From a virus (taxonomy: Duplodnaviria; Caudoviricetes): 64,000 bases of DNA. The stretch lies in IMG/VR virus record IMGVR_UViG_3300033066_000895, positions 5,260 to 69,259 of that record; one strand, given 5' to 3'. Made by a program: the position numbers and the translations under genes. The first letter of the stretch is position 1, and every line of letters starts with the position of its first letter. Shown one piece after another: positions 1-9,645 of this stretch. The notes beneath the pieces were generated by a model that saw only the letters and a program-made list of their open reading frames with translations, ran no database searches and was not told the origin of the DNA.

Positions 1-19
1 GAGGGTCATACTGATTATT

Positions 20-286
20 TTACTCTGTTCCTCCTATTGTATCTGCTACACGGCTGACAAATGTCCTGATGAAGTTAACATCGTTTGACATTTTGTAAAT
101 ATCATGTGGTGAACTATTGGGTTCGGCTTGCTTGATCAGTTGTTGAAGTTTCGCAGGATCAGAGATTGCTCGGAGGATAGCGAAGGCAGCAGCAAACTTA
201 CCTTCAGCTACCCGTTTATCATGGTATGCGTTTGTCAGTTCTGATCTGAGGCTGGAGATGAGTCTTGTTTGATCTTCAGGAGTCAT
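20..286 (-). CDS. hypothetical protein
   Basis: 88-aa ORF in a tightly packed minus-strand operon. Confidence 0.5.
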   Translation of the reverse strand: MTPEDQTRLISSLRSELTNAYHDKRVAEGKFAAAFAILRAISDPAKLQQLIKQAEPNSSPHDIYKMSNDVNFIRTFVSRVADTIGGTE

Positions 287-449
287 CTTCTTCTTTCGGG
301 TTAACGACGCCGCAGACTTGTTCTTCGAATTCTTCAGGAGTTAGACCGGATTGCTTGTGGAGTGATCGGATTTCAGCCCTAAATACTTTCTCCGCTTCTT
401 TGAGTTTCTTCTTGATTTGTTTGATCGATAAGATTTTGGGTTTGGGCAT
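276..449 (-). CDS. small hypothetical protein (57 aa, below the ORF-track cutoff)
   Basis: Hand-translated MPKPKILSIKQIKKKLKEAEKVF...PKEEDDS*; purine-rich RBS; fills the gap between neighbours. Confidence 0.55.
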   Translation of the reverse strand: MPKPKILSIKQIKKKLKEAEKVFRAEIRSLHKQSGLTPEEFEEQVCGVVNPKEEDDS

Positions 450-771
450 TTGCTTCTTCCATTGTGGGTGGTTCGATACCGACTGCTTTAAGACAGTAGT
501 TGTTTAGCCGTTTGAGCATACCAATAATATCGGGTGGAATGATTTCTACTTTAACTCTGTGCTCATATCTGTAAACGGAATCGTTTATCCAACCCGGTCC
601 AGAGAGTTTCATTTCTGCTAGACATTTAGGATAGACATCTTTCTTTTTTCTAATGAGATGAATAGCTTCAGGAACTTTTGTTTCCCCAATACTACCCCAT
701 GATTTTGAACTACAATCCCAAATGAGAAATAAGCATACCAGAGTAAACAAACCGCCAATACATCGTATCAT
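379..771 (-). CDS. hypothetical protein with hydrophobic N-terminus
   Basis: ORF abuts upstream gene; GGLFTLVCLFLIW segment. Confidence 0.45.
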   Translation of the reverse strand: MIRCIGGLFTLVCLFLIWDCSSKSWGSIGETKVPEAIHLIRKKKDVYPKCLAEMKLSGPGWINDSVYRYEHRVKVEIIPPDIIGMLKRLNNYCLKAVGIEPPTMEEANAQTQNLIDQTNQEETQRSGESI

Positions 772-772
772 G

Positions 773-1258
773 TTATTCCTTCTTTACAGGGTCTAGGTGT
801 TCGTCATCATCGTCTTCGTCGTCACCGTAGATATCGGGATTCTGGTAGGGAATGTATCTAACGTTACGAGTCATCCCCCTGTTGAGTCGTGCTGACAGAC
901 CATGAGCCTGAAAGGGATCACCTGAGTAATCGAGAACGACGCGGTACTCGTATAGGTTGGGTATGTGTGTCGGATTGAGTGTGATGACTCCGACGACACA
1001 ACAGTGAGAACGGTTATGGAGTTCTGCAATCAACACGTCTGTTGAGCAGGTCTTCAGGTCTGGATTCCCTTTGATGGCGATATACTGGGCTGGATTCTTG
1101 GTCGTGTACTTGTCTGTGTAAGCTACGCTTTTGGAGGGAAATGATGACCGATTCCTTGCCCCGTAAAGTCGGCTTTTAATGTACTTGATGACCGCGATAC
1201 CAGAAAGGACCACAAAGGCGATCAACAGGAATGCTTGAAAGTCCGTCATATGAATCAT
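773..1258 (-). CDS. hypothetical protein with N-terminal TM helix
   Basis: FQAFLLIAFVVLSGIAVI segment; acidic tail; operon packing. Confidence 0.6.
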   Translation of the reverse strand: MIHMTDFQAFLLIAFVVLSGIAVIKYIKSRLYGARNRSSFPSKSVAYTDKYTTKNPAQYIAIKGNPDLKTCSTDVLIAELHNRSHCCVVGVITLNPTHIPNLYEYRVVLDYSGDPFQAHGLSARLNRGMTRNVRYIPYQNPDIYGDDEDDDDEHLDPVKKE

Positions 1259-1260
1259 AC

Positions 1261-1533
1261 CTATGGTACGAGTTTGCTGATTTTTATTAGAAGTTGATGT
1301 ATCTCCGTCAGGAATACATCTGAGGGTTCACCGTGGTGTAATGACTCCATTCGTTCAGCCATCTTACCGGCTTCCGCAAATGCTTCTTCTCGGGCTTTGT
1401 GTTCTGTACTGAGTTGTTGACAGTGCTGTCTGATTATTGCGGGATCAACAGGTAGACATTCATCGAGTGCTTCTTCTAGCTTTTGGTCGAATTGATTTTG
1501 GGCTTTCTTCAGGATGTTTTCTATTTTGGACAT
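1261..1533 (-). CDS. hypothetical coiled-coil protein
   Basis: Start re-assigned to MSKIEN; helical composition. Confidence 0.55.
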   Translation of the reverse strand: MSKIENILKKAQNQFDQKLEEALDECLPVDPAIIRQHCQQLSTEHKAREEAFAEAGKMAERMESLHHGEPSDVFLTEIHQLLIKISKLVP

Positions 1534-2035
1534 CTTGTACTCCATAGTGACAGATGAGGATTGCATCTGCGGTTTTGTGTGTTGGTTTTAGATGAGGGTA
1601 CAGTTTGTGTGCGAAACGGTACGTGATCTTCTTGTCTCCCTTTGTTTGACAGTTGAGTGCTTTCATCCATTTCTGAGGTGTGACAAATGTATACTTTACA
1701 TCCATGCCGATTAGAAGACCCTCTAGTCGTCCGATGGAGCGGGAGAACTTCATGGATGAGCCGATCCCCTGCCTCATCTTACCGTCTGCATTGGGTCGGA
1801 AAGGCATACCAGCAGGTGTTTCGAGGTAGAAGAAGGTTTCCCCCTGATAGTTCGTTTCAGCCATCCAGTCTTCGATCCACTGGTTGAGGATGTCACGGAC
1901 TTCAGGGGTCGTCTTCGGGAGGTTACAGGCAAAGCATCCACTTTCTAAAGAAGGGAAGTATGTTGAATCTTCCGCCATGAAACACATCCCGCCAGTTGAA
2001 CCGGGATCGATGCCGATGATCATTGTGGGTTTCAT
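1460..2035 (-). CDS. ruvC: RuvC-like Holliday junction resolvase
   Basis: IIGIDPG, YLETP, VTPQKW and ADAILI motifs; ATGA overlap with the upstream gene. Confidence 0.85.
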   Translation of the reverse strand: MKPTMIIGIDPGSTGGMCFMAEDSTYFPSLESGCFACNLPKTTPEVRDILNQWIEDWMAETNYQGETFFYLETPAGMPFRPNADGKMRQGIGSSMKFSRSIGRLEGLLIGMDVKYTFVTPQKWMKALNCQTKGDKKITYRFAHKLYPHLKPTHKTADAILICHYGVQDVQNRKHPEESPKSIRPKARRSTR

Positions 2036-2766
2036 AGGTTGGGAACCTGAATGATACATTTTGTCCAGTCTAGATCGGAGGGGAATATAGAAGCGTAATA
2101 TTCTATTGGTTCAGGCGTCATCTCCCATTCACCAGAACTGGTGTTATATTGACGTGGTTGCCATGAACTGACCCCACGACATGGATGTTCAGTGAACCAC
2201 CAAACTTCGCCATCCTTATCTTTAGCGATCCAATATCCGGGTTTGACTTCAGGAGGGAGGTGAGCATCATTACAGGACCAGTGTCGCTCTTGTCCTTCAA
2301 CGTGCTCTACCCATTTATACGGCTGTTTCTCTTTCCGTTGGAAGCAACACTGATACCACGGTAGATCGAGGATGGATTGGGGGATAGTGCTGATTTTTCC
2401 TAGATAGGTGTAATTGCCAGAAACAGTACCATACCCCCACATTCCATTGGTAGTGAATAATTTAGGTTTTACCTTATGTGAACACCAGTCACCAGAACTA
2501 TCACGAGCGACCCAATAACCGACTGGGACTGAATCAGGCAGGTAAGGACTGATGTCGGGTATCTCTGCTTTCTCCTCAGAAGCGGTAGCGTCTACTACGG
2601 TAGGGATAGTAGGGATTTCAGTTATAGATTCTGTGAGTTGGGCGATCTTGTCGTTTAATGTGCTGATTGTCTGGTATTGGTTTTCGATACGCCCATCTCT
2701 TGCTTTGATTTGCCCCTCAAGCTGTTCGATTCGTCTGAGGAGTTTACCTATAAACTTGGTCTCTGT
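2032..2766 (-). CDS. hypothetical protein with two copies of a GYW[VI]A[RK]D..G domain; frame is open to 2766 with no canonical start (possible +1 frameshift fusion)
   Basis: Hand translation upstream of the track ATG (2442) gives a coiled coil plus GYWVARDSSGDW, paralogous to downstream GYWIAKDKDGEVW. Confidence 0.6.
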   Translation of the reverse strand, partial: TETKFIGKLLRRIEQLEGQIKARDGRIENQYQTISTLNDKIAQLTESITEIPTIPTVVDATASEEKAEIPDISPYLPDSVPVGYWVARDSSGDWCSHKVKPKLFTTNGMWGYGTVSGNYTYLGKISTIPQSILDLPWYQCCFQRKEKQPYKWVEHVEGQERHWSCNDAHLPPEVKPGYWIAKDKDGEVWWFTEHPCRGVSSWQPRQYNTSSGEWEMTPEPIEYYASIFPSDLDWTKCIIQVPNL

Positions 2767-3151
2767 CTACAGCAAGCACTTTTTCTGCATGATGTTTACA
2801 TTCGGATCGCAGGTCTTTCAGTTCAGCATCCTTCTGATTGATCTTGTCGATGAGGGCTTGATATGCTGCCTCACTCGCAGTCAGCTTGTCCTTGTGGAGA
2901 GTGAGGGAATCCATGAGGTTGGTCATCCCCTTTTCGGCTTCTTCAGCACGGTTGCAGAGTTCGTTATTAAACGATTCTGCATTGATAGCTCGTATAAAAC
3001 AATCGTTCATTTTCTCAGTCAGTTCATCGTTTTCTTTATACATCTTTTTTCTAAATGCCCGATGTTCACGGTACATTGCAATCATTCGTAACAACATGAT
3101 CAGAGTTGTAACGCCGAGAATCCACGTTCCAGTAAACAGAGCATCATACAT
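2744..3151 (-). CDS. TM-anchored coiled-coil protein
   Basis: Start MYDALF with AAGGA RBS; TM helix followed by heptads. Confidence 0.65.
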   Translation of the reverse strand: MYDALFTGTWILGVTTLIMLLRMIAMYREHRAFRKKMYKENDELTEKMNDCFIRAINAESFNNELCNRAEEAEKGMTNLMDSLTLHKDKLTASEAAYQALIDKINQKDAELKDLRSECKHHAEKVLAVDRDQVYR

Positions 3152-3237
3152 GAGGGTCTTCCTTCGAGAGTGTATAGAAACGACAACATCCCTATTGTAG
3201 GACAATGGGATGAGCCGATGGAAGTGAGAAAAGAGAA

Positions 3238-3477
3238 TCAGATGGGCTGGATATTCTTGGCGGTAAACTCGAACCAAGCATCTTCCATTGTTGGAAACTT
3301 CTTACGCTTCAGGGGTTCGAAGTCCCACTTTTGACCACTCCACCAAAGGTCAGTATCAGAGTGCTTAGCAATTGTGGAAAGTGACCACCCCCCGATGTCG
3401 TTGTGTCGACAGACGATACGGTCACTGAATGAGTATTCCGTGATGATTGGATACTCAATGCAGGGGTACTTATTCAT
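3238..3477 (-). CDS. hypothetical protein
   Basis: Start MNKYPC; ATGA overlap. Confidence 0.55.
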   Translation of the reverse strand: MNKYPCIEYPIITEYSFSDRIVCRHNDIGGWSLSTIAKHSDTDLWWSGQKWDFEPLKRKKFPTMEDAWFEFTAKNIQPI

Positions 3478-3743
3478 TCGACTAATCCTAAACAAGAGTC
3501 TTCCCACGGGTCTTCAAAATAAGGCTCAACGGTTTCCTTGACGAGTGTAGCATAAACTTGAGTTGAACTACCCTCAGATATTGATACCAAGCTGCCGACC
3601 TTGAATACGGGTAGACCGGGAGTATCTGGACCGTAGATATGCTCGGTGTTCAGTTCAAGTATCTTATGACCACAGAGCATACAACGTTGGACCACCCGAT
3701 TACCGATCTGGATTGCATGAGCAGCGAGGTGGACAGTTTTCAT
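3474..3743 (-). CDS. hypothetical protein with CxxC motif
   Basis: QRCMLCGH; operon packing. Confidence 0.55.
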   Translation of the reverse strand: MKTVHLAAHAIQIGNRVVQRCMLCGHKILELNTEHIYGPDTPGLPVFKVGSLVSISEGSSTQVYATLVKETVEPYFEDPWEDSCLGLVE

Positions 3744-3823
3744 TTATACCTCAAAATAAATACGGGCGGATTTGTAGATGATCCACATGAGGAGGGAAAC
3801 AGCGGACCAGAGGTGGATAGTTT

Positions 3824-4252
3824 TCATGTTTCGCGTACCCCACAAGGATGCCCGCTAAGAAATGTCCAACTGTTGAGGAGGTCATCTCTCGTAAGGATTC
3901 TAACATCACTACCAGCAGGATGACCGTAGGCTACTACTAACCCATATTTCTGTGAAATCTCTAACTGACTGATCTGGATAGCAACAACAGTACCTGTCAT
4001 TGATGAATGATATTGGTTTTTTCGCTTGATGCACTTCCCCAACAGGTCAAGCATTTCGTTATCATTGAATGGACGGTAGATAGGAGGGGCAGGTGCTTGT
4101 TTAATCCGGTAGTTATCTGGAGAGCACGAGAAGTCAAGATTTTTGCTTACCTGCCAGCTTCTTGTACGATCATCTCGGAGAAGTTCAATATCTTTACCTT
4201 CCGCAAATGCCTGAATAATCGGCAGTAGTTCTTTTGCTCGTTCTGGGGTCAT
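3824..4252 (-). CDS. hypothetical phage protein, YRIK..RPF family, paralogue 1
   Basis: YRIKQAP..YRPFN and WTFLSGHPCGV motifs shared with 4249-4638 and 7060-7524. Confidence 0.7.
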   Translation of the reverse strand: MTPERAKELLPIIQAFAEGKDIELLRDDRTRSWQVSKNLDFSCSPDNYRIKQAPAPPIYRPFNDNEMLDLLGKCIKRKNQYHSSMTGTVVAIQISQLEISQKYGLVVAYGHPAGSDVRILTRDDLLNSWTFLSGHPCGVRET

Positions 4253-4638
4253 TGTTCAAGTACTCCACAAGGTGAACCATCAAGAAATAACCACTCGTCT
4301 AGTAAAGACTGATTACTGATATAAGATGCGTAACGAAATACCCTTACTCCCCCCAAACGATCACTAATGTCAATGATCGTAGTTGCATCACGGTTACTCC
4401 ATTCTTTATGCCTGATCTGTTTACCGAGTAGTCCCACCAATTCTTCAGGAGTGAACGGACGATATACCGGGTTGGGTTTGATGCGGAAGTGATCGAGGTT
4501 TCCAAGCGTCATACATCTCATCGTTACGCAATCATTCCATATACGATCCCCTTCATAATATTGAAGTGGTGTTCCGTCTCTAAATGCAGTAGCCAGTTCA
4601 ATGAATTTATCAACGTTATCTCGGGTTAATGTAATCAT
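4249..4638 (-). CDS. hypothetical phage protein, YRIK..RPF family, paralogue 2
   Basis: FRIKPNPVYRPFT, WLFLDGSPCGV. Confidence 0.7.
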   Translation of the reverse strand: MITLTRDNVDKFIELATAFRDGTPLQYYEGDRIWNDCVTMRCMTLGNLDHFRIKPNPVYRPFTPEELVGLLGKQIRHKEWSNRDATTIIDISDRLGGVRVFRYASYISNQSLLDEWLFLDGSPCGVLEQ

Positions 4639-5624
4639 TCTTCCTCCACTTCTTCTATTAGGATATCAAGTACTTCGGTCTGTTGTTCAATGACGGGTAG
4701 CAGTTCCTTCACTTCTGCCTCAATCACCCGTCTATCTTCTGGTTTGAGCATCTTGAGTAAATCTTTAATCATGTCGAATGCTTCAACACGGGCATCTCCG
4801 TTTGTCATCGATTCTACTGGTTGAACGTCTTCACCCTTACTATTCACAAGAGCGATCCGTTCAGGAGCATTGTTTCCTACCAGTAAATCAATACGGGTCT
4901 GTATCTGTCTAGCTACGCTTTCTGAGGAGGAAATAGCATCTTGTGCGAGGGTCTTCATCCGATAGGCTTTTTTCAGGATGTTGTCATACTGTTGTAGAGC
5001 ATGAACATCACCCCTTGAAGCCTTCATGTTATCCTTCACTTGTTTAACGAATTCATTCGCTTCCGCTAAATCCTTCTTAGCCCTATTTGCATCGGCTACA
5101 GCACTTCGAAGCTTCGTTGACCAGAACGAAAGTGAATCAGATTTCAACTCAAGGGGTTGTCGATCTAATATTGCGTTCTGACGCTTTCTTGCGATTACAA
5201 TATATTTATAAACAGATTTACGTGAAATGCTCCAAGCCATTGCACACGAACGGGCTATGTCCTCCTGACACATTGATAAACTCATCAATCCACGTATCTC
5301 TTCGATGCGATGATTGATCAATCGTGATTGTTCTTTTGTCCGTTTCCTCATCTTTCTTTTTGTACCAACAGGGTACAGCATCTCGACACCATATTCATCA
5401 ACAGCTAATCCCGTTTCTGGATCAATTGATTCAACACCGGGAGTTGGCGTGATCACTGGTGATTCGGGAAATGAATGAGGGCTGACTTCTGGGTTGAATG
5501 CTTCAGTTGCATCTTTAAATTCTGTCATTCGAGGAGCAGTTCGCCGTTTAACAGGATTACGAGGTATTCGGCCTGTATCTCTAACGACAGCTACCTTCTT
5601 CTTGACTGCTGCCTTCTTCGGCAT
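4635..5624 (-). CDS. HTH-containing protein, possibly the terminase small subunit
   Basis: QEDIARSC..WSISRKSVYKYI HTH-like segment followed by long helices; basic N-terminus. Confidence 0.45.
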   Translation of the reverse strand: MPKKAAVKKKVAVVRDTGRIPRNPVKRRTAPRMTEFKDATEAFNPEVSPHSFPESPVITPTPGVESIDPETGLAVDEYGVEMLYPVGTKRKMRKRTKEQSRLINHRIEEIRGLMSLSMCQEDIARSCAMAWSISRKSVYKYIVIARKRQNAILDRQPLELKSDSLSFWSTKLRSAVADANRAKKDLAEANEFVKQVKDNMKASRGDVHALQQYDNILKKAYRMKTLAQDAISSSESVARQIQTRIDLLVGNNAPERIALVNSKGEDVQPVESMTNGDARVEAFDMIKDLLKMLKPEDRRVIEAEVKELLPVIEQQTEVLDILIEEVEEE

Positions 5625-6117
5625 TTACGTCTTCCTCACGCTTGCGTTTAAATAGGATAAATGTACTACTTGGAGTTCGCTCATAGGTTATTAGATACTT
5701 AGACCCCACAACACCTTCCAACACCCACTCTATTGGTGTCCCATCGTACATTATGGGAGTTACGAAGCTGAAGAACGATTTGTGAATTTCAATCCACTGA
5801 CCGGGTTTAAGAGAGTTAAGCATTGCTCTAACTCTTTCAAGGTCACTCATTCTTCTTACTCCTATACATTCCGCTGACAGTTCAAACCATGCCCAAGCCA
5901 GTATACAAGCCACAATAAAGGTAATAAAGTTGATGGTGTATATCACTCCAAGGAATGGCTGCCATACCTCACCGTGATCCATCAAAAATTCAGGGAGTAG
6001 CTTGTAGAACTCTACCCATCGTGTTGCTAACATTTCAGCAAGTGCTAACAGGTACACAAATACAACGTAGCATAGGCCCATCCACTGTTCTTTACCAGAT
6101 TCCCATTTAGATGCCAT
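5581..6117 (-). CDS. membrane protein (two TM segments) with soluble C-terminal part
   Basis: Hydrophobic N-terminal half; possible internal start MSDLE with AGGAG RBS. Confidence 0.5.
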   Translation of the reverse strand: MASKWESGKEQWMGLCYVVFVYLLALAEMLATRWVEFYKLLPEFLMDHGEVWQPFLGVIYTINFITFIVACILAWAWFELSAECIGVRRMSDLERVRAMLNSLKPGQWIEIHKSFFSFVTPIMYDGTPIEWVLEGVVGSKYLITYERTPSSTFILFKRKREEDVNAEEGSSQEEGSCR

Positions 6118-6118
6118 G

Positions 6119-6364
6119 TCATCCCCTCACAATTCCAAGCTGTTCTTTTGTGTAACAGCCGATCAGTTCTTTTAGAGCCTGAAATGGAGTCAGCTTATGC
6201 CATACCCACAGTCTGAGATTTTTGCTGCGATCATCAGTATCAACAGTTATGAAGTTGATCAGTCTGTATTTACCAGTATTCACATCTCGACTGATGTTTG
6301 TAAACCCATCAGTCTCCCAGTCTTGATCGGTACCTGCTAGCGGTCCACCTATGCAAACAGTCAT
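6119..6364 (-). CDS. hypothetical protein
   Basis: N-terminal CIGGPLAG motif seen in small phage proteins; ATGA overlap. Confidence 0.6.
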   Translation of the reverse strand: MTVCIGGPLAGTDQDWETDGFTNISRDVNTGKYRLINFITVDTDDRSKNLRLWVWHKLTPFQALKELIGCYTKEQLGIVRG

Positions 6365-6675
6365 TGTATTTTCCTTTTTGGTTGAGTGATCAAGAGTCTT
6401 TCAACTTGTTTCAGGTAGAACCCCCTCCCTATATGCTGTGCTCTTGTCTCTGAACATACAGACGTTTTGAATACCCATTCCGAGTTGATCAAATCGATGT
6501 TCAGAGTAGGTGAATGAGGAGATGTCTTGATGTACCATATTCCCCATTTACCATCCGGCAGTTCCTTGATCTTTAATATCAGCAGCAGAGTAAACCCATA
6601 CATTGTTTTGTCTGAGTCAACAACTACTGTTTGCCATTTGATAGGCCGGATGGTGCACAGGGTAATGTTGGGCAT
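6361..6675 (-). CDS. hypothetical protein
   Basis: Operon packing. Confidence 0.5.
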   Translation of the reverse strand: MPNITLCTIRPIKWQTVVVDSDKTMYGFTLLLILKIKELPDGKWGIWYIKTSPHSPTLNIDLINSEWVFKTSVCSETRAQHIGRGFYLKQVERLLITQPKRKIQ

Positions 6676-6685
6676 TTAGACTGAC

Positions 6686-7063
6686 TCAAGAGCGGGGGGT
6701 ACTGAAGTAATATTTTGAAAAATGATTCCATCTGGCTACAGCATGTTCCTCCGTATCTTCATTTGGACCAGTATGACCGCACTTCATACATATCATTCTA
6801 TGATAAGGTTCTGCACGATTCATAGCATAAAGAGTTGAGTGTTCTACTCGATCAGATGTATTGCATGAGGGGCATGGTTCAATACCAACCAACATCAGAC
6901 CGTATTCTAAAGCTTCCTTGACTTGGTGTGCTGCTCTGATTTCCTCTTTTGCCACATCAATGTTCTTCGGGGAGTAACCACGACCGAATCTGTCAGTGTC
7001 AGGGTTACATCCCCTCAGTTCACAGAGTTTGAGAGCAGCAACTTCGAGTTGTTTAGCGTTCAT
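6686..7063 (-). CDS. Lar (restriction alleviation)-like zinc-ribbon protein
   Basis: EPCPSC...MICMKCGHTGP...AVARWN pattern. Confidence 0.65.
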   Translation of the reverse strand: MNAKQLEVAALKLCELRGCNPDTDRFGRGYSPKNIDVAKEEIRAAHQVKEALEYGLMLVGIEPCPSCNTSDRVEHSTLYAMNRAEPYHRMICMKCGHTGPNEDTEEHAVARWNHFSKYYFSTPRS

Positions 7064-7524
7064 TCGTCTCCCTCCTCATCTTCTTCGTCTTCAGTTGACA
7101 CTGAGCAGGGGTTACCATTGAGGAATGTAAATTCTTCCATCAACCGTTCAGGTGTCAGAGAATCACCTGATGTTATATGTATATAAAATGAAGTTTCAAT
7201 ACGGGAAGAAAAAACTCTATCAATTAAAGTAACATCACCAGTTGATTTACGTTTAACTGATGATCCAACATGAGGTTCGGCTTCAGCACGATTAAACGGG
7301 CGTCGTACTGGTTCGGGTTTGATGCGGTAGTTGAACTTACCACTCCATGCCGGACTGTTAGAGTATAGCCAACTACCTTTATCCGACAATGATTCAACCT
7401 GTATATCCTTCCCTGCCACGAAAGCTTCCATTTCGGGGCGGAATTGGTTGACCATTTCGAGTATTTCTTTTGTGTCTTTTCTGTTCACGGCAGATTCCTT
7501 CAGTTGGAAAGTGGGTTGGATCAA
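7060..7524 (-). CDS. hypothetical phage protein, YRIK..RPF family, paralogue 3
   Basis: YRIKPEPVRRPFN, FTFLNGNPCSV; acidic tail. Confidence 0.65.
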   Translation of the reverse strand: MIQPTFQLKESAVNRKDTKEILEMVNQFRPEMEAFVAGKDIQVESLSDKGSWLYSNSPAWSGKFNYRIKPEPVRRPFNRAEAEPHVGSSVKRKSTGDVTLIDRVFSSRIETSFYIHITSGDSLTPERLMEEFTFLNGNPCSVSTEDEEDEEGDE

Positions 7525-8525
7525 TCAGCGACGCAAAATCCGAGGCGTTCAAGCTTCGTGTAACATTCCTTCAATTCTCGATCGTTGGTAAATATTGGAC
7601 TGTGCTTATTGTACGCTACAATATCATCAAAAATCAGTCCTGATATACTACATGGGTCTGTACCAGTTATTCGTTTAATCATTTCAATATCAAGAGCAGT
7701 CAGATTCATGGCATTGAATCTATAATCCATGAATGCTTGCCATGAATGAGGGAACAACGGTTTGATGATCTGTTCCCCGATCACAGTTGCGTAGTCTCGG
7801 ATTTCCTTTTGAGCATGGGAATCCATCCTCAGACCGAGGAAATGGAAAACGTTGTGGAGGTCACACTTCCAGTAAACTTCGGTATAGGTGGAGAGGGGGA
7901 GGTCTTTACGAGCGACTTCCTTTGCTACTCCCATTTTCAGACGAGTATGGTAAACAGCAGCAGCAAAATCATGGAACTGTTCTTCTTGAGCAGTGAGGTA
8001 CTGACCGGGAGAATAGTCAGGATTGTATGGACGGGGATGATCACTGAAGTAAACAGATTTACCATCTTCGGAAAGGATACCTTCTGGCCATTCCGTAACG
8101 TTCTCTCCCGATGATCCTTGTTTGTTGCTGGTGGATTGGAGTCTCCACTCATCCGGGTTGGTTGTCTGACGAACATCAATTGCTTCTGTATACCGAGTTG
8201 AGTACTCATTGATTGAAGCGGTTCGGTGTCTAACCATCTGACGCCATGCATCCATCGGGATTCTGATCTTGAGTTTGACTTCACACTGTTCGAATGGTGT
8301 CGTATGGCGTTGACGCATCAGATATCGGAGCAGGTTTGAGTCTGCTTTGGAGAGTCCGTCTACAGTCTGACCAGAATCTCGACCGTCATTGCCGTAAGAG
8401 AGGCGAGCAGCTTGTACGACTGCTGCATCGTCACCCATACAATCAACGAGGCATACATATCCATCATTGAGGAGAGGAAACTTCTTCCAGCGGAGTTCTT
8501 CGACGATTAGGTGATTTGTGTTCAT
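7521..8525 (-). CDS. thyX: FAD-dependent thymidylate synthase
   Basis: RHRTASINEYSTRY signature; VVQAARLSY, HTTPFE, EVARKDLP, HAQKEIR; start MNTNH via ATGA overlap. Confidence 0.95.
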   Translation of the reverse strand: MNTNHLIVEELRWKKFPLLNDGYVCLVDCMGDDAAVVQAARLSYGNDGRDSGQTVDGLSKADSNLLRYLMRQRHTTPFEQCEVKLKIRIPMDAWRQMVRHRTASINEYSTRYTEAIDVRQTTNPDEWRLQSTSNKQGSSGENVTEWPEGILSEDGKSVYFSDHPRPYNPDYSPGQYLTAQEEQFHDFAAAVYHTRLKMGVAKEVARKDLPLSTYTEVYWKCDLHNVFHFLGLRMDSHAQKEIRDYATVIGEQIIKPLFPHSWQAFMDYRFNAMNLTALDIEMIKRITGTDPCSISGLIFDDIVAYNKHSPIFTNDRELKECYTKLERLGFCVAD

Positions 8526-8758
8526 TGTGTCTTCTTTCTGAATTGTTCTTGAAATAAATCTTCTGTACATTGACGGCATTTCATTTTGCCATTCTGAGGG
8601 TATGGCACCGATGCTTTTCGTCGGTCTTCATGTCCACATTCGAGTTTGAAGTATCTTGACTTATTGATGTATCCTGTGTAACGAGATGCACCATACAAGT
8701 AAGACTCAACAGTCTTTTTAAACACCGACTTTCTAGGAGGGTAACTCATCACTATCAC
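8522..8758 (-). CDS. small Zn-finger protein
   Basis: LECGH...KCRQC. Confidence 0.55.
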   Translation of the reverse strand: MIVMSYPPRKSVFKKTVESYLYGASRYTGYINKSRYFKLECGHEDRRKASVPYPQNGKMKCRQCTEDLFQEQFRKKTQ

Positions 8759-9053
8759 CTTCGGTTTTTGGGGGAGAAGTATATATAATTCCGCATTCGA
8801 TTATTATAGATTGCTTTAACCATTCTGTGTAATCAGAAAACCATTGTTCGGATGCTTTTAAGCTGTTTGCATCATCTGCTGATCCTAGTAATTCGTCAGC
8901 ATCCCTAACTAGCTTTTTCAGCCTTTCAATCTTCTGAGTTGCGTTAAGGTCCATCCCATCGTTGGCGAGCAACTGTCGAACTCGTGTCCTCCCCTCAGTT
9001 GAACGGAGAATCTTGAGCATTTCGGCTTGAGTGATCATTTTCATATGAATCAT
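8733..9053 (-). CDS. hypothetical protein
   Basis: Helical ORF; operon packing. Confidence 0.55.
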   Translation of the reverse strand: MIHMKMITQAEMLKILRSTEGRTRVRQLLANDGMDLNATQKIERLKKLVRDADELLGSADDANSLKASEQWFSDYTEWLKQSIIIECGIIYTSPPKTEGDSDELPS

Positions 9054-9093
9054 ATACCGTTCTGTGATTTTCGGAATTTTATTGAAAGTGAAA

Positions 9094-9372
9094 TTATCCT
9101 ATGGCGATTGCGATCTGTTCGAGTTCGTCAATGAGTTCTTGGGGGGCGGGGATCGTGGAAGCATCGACTTCATTCTTCTGGATTAGCTTTGCGATCCATT
9201 GACCTTTACTGTCTCGTACCTGACTTCCCCTATCCTTGTAGACGGCATTGCGTATTGCCAGACCGCACAATTCACCAATACGGATTAGTCGGACGGTGTG
9301 AGGGGATTTCTGTCCTTTGAGAGACATTGCGAGATTGAAAGCCATTTCTTTAACGTCTTGAGCAGATAACAT
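9094..9372 (-). CDS. hypothetical protein
   Basis: Start MLSAQ with GGAAGGA RBS. Confidence 0.55.
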   Translation of the reverse strand: MLSAQDVKEMAFNLAMSLKGQKSPHTVRLIRIGELCGLAIRNAVYKDRGSQVRDSKGQWIAKLIQKNEVDASTIPAPQELIDELEQIAIAIG

Positions 9373-9613
9373 GGTACTTCCTTCCAAAAACGAAGTGAGG
9401 ATAAAAGGGAGAAGATGTTGCTGACTCGATCCGATTCCCACGGATTCAGTACAAAGGGTACTTGGCCGATATTAACTTCCAAGCCAGCAAACATCCTCCT
9501 GATTTACAGTCTGATCGCACCCATCCGTTAAAGTTCATATGAGGCTTCATTGGAATGACTGGCAGACTGGTTTACAGGCAACTAAAACAAAAAGGTACAG
9601 TGACCCTAAGATC

Positions 9614-9643
9614 ACTATACCTTGTCATACAGAGCCGATACAA
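9614..9643 (-). promoter_or_regulatory. sigma70-like promoter, CGGCT class
   Basis: TTGTAT-CGGCT...(18-nt spacer)-TATAGT. Confidence 0.55.
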
Positions 9644-9645
9644 GT

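Noticed and set aside
5581-6117. Stop-codon reassignment or readthrough explaining the two-part ORF
   Set aside because: No internal stop is present and other genes translate intact under code 11; a simple fusion or internal start suffices
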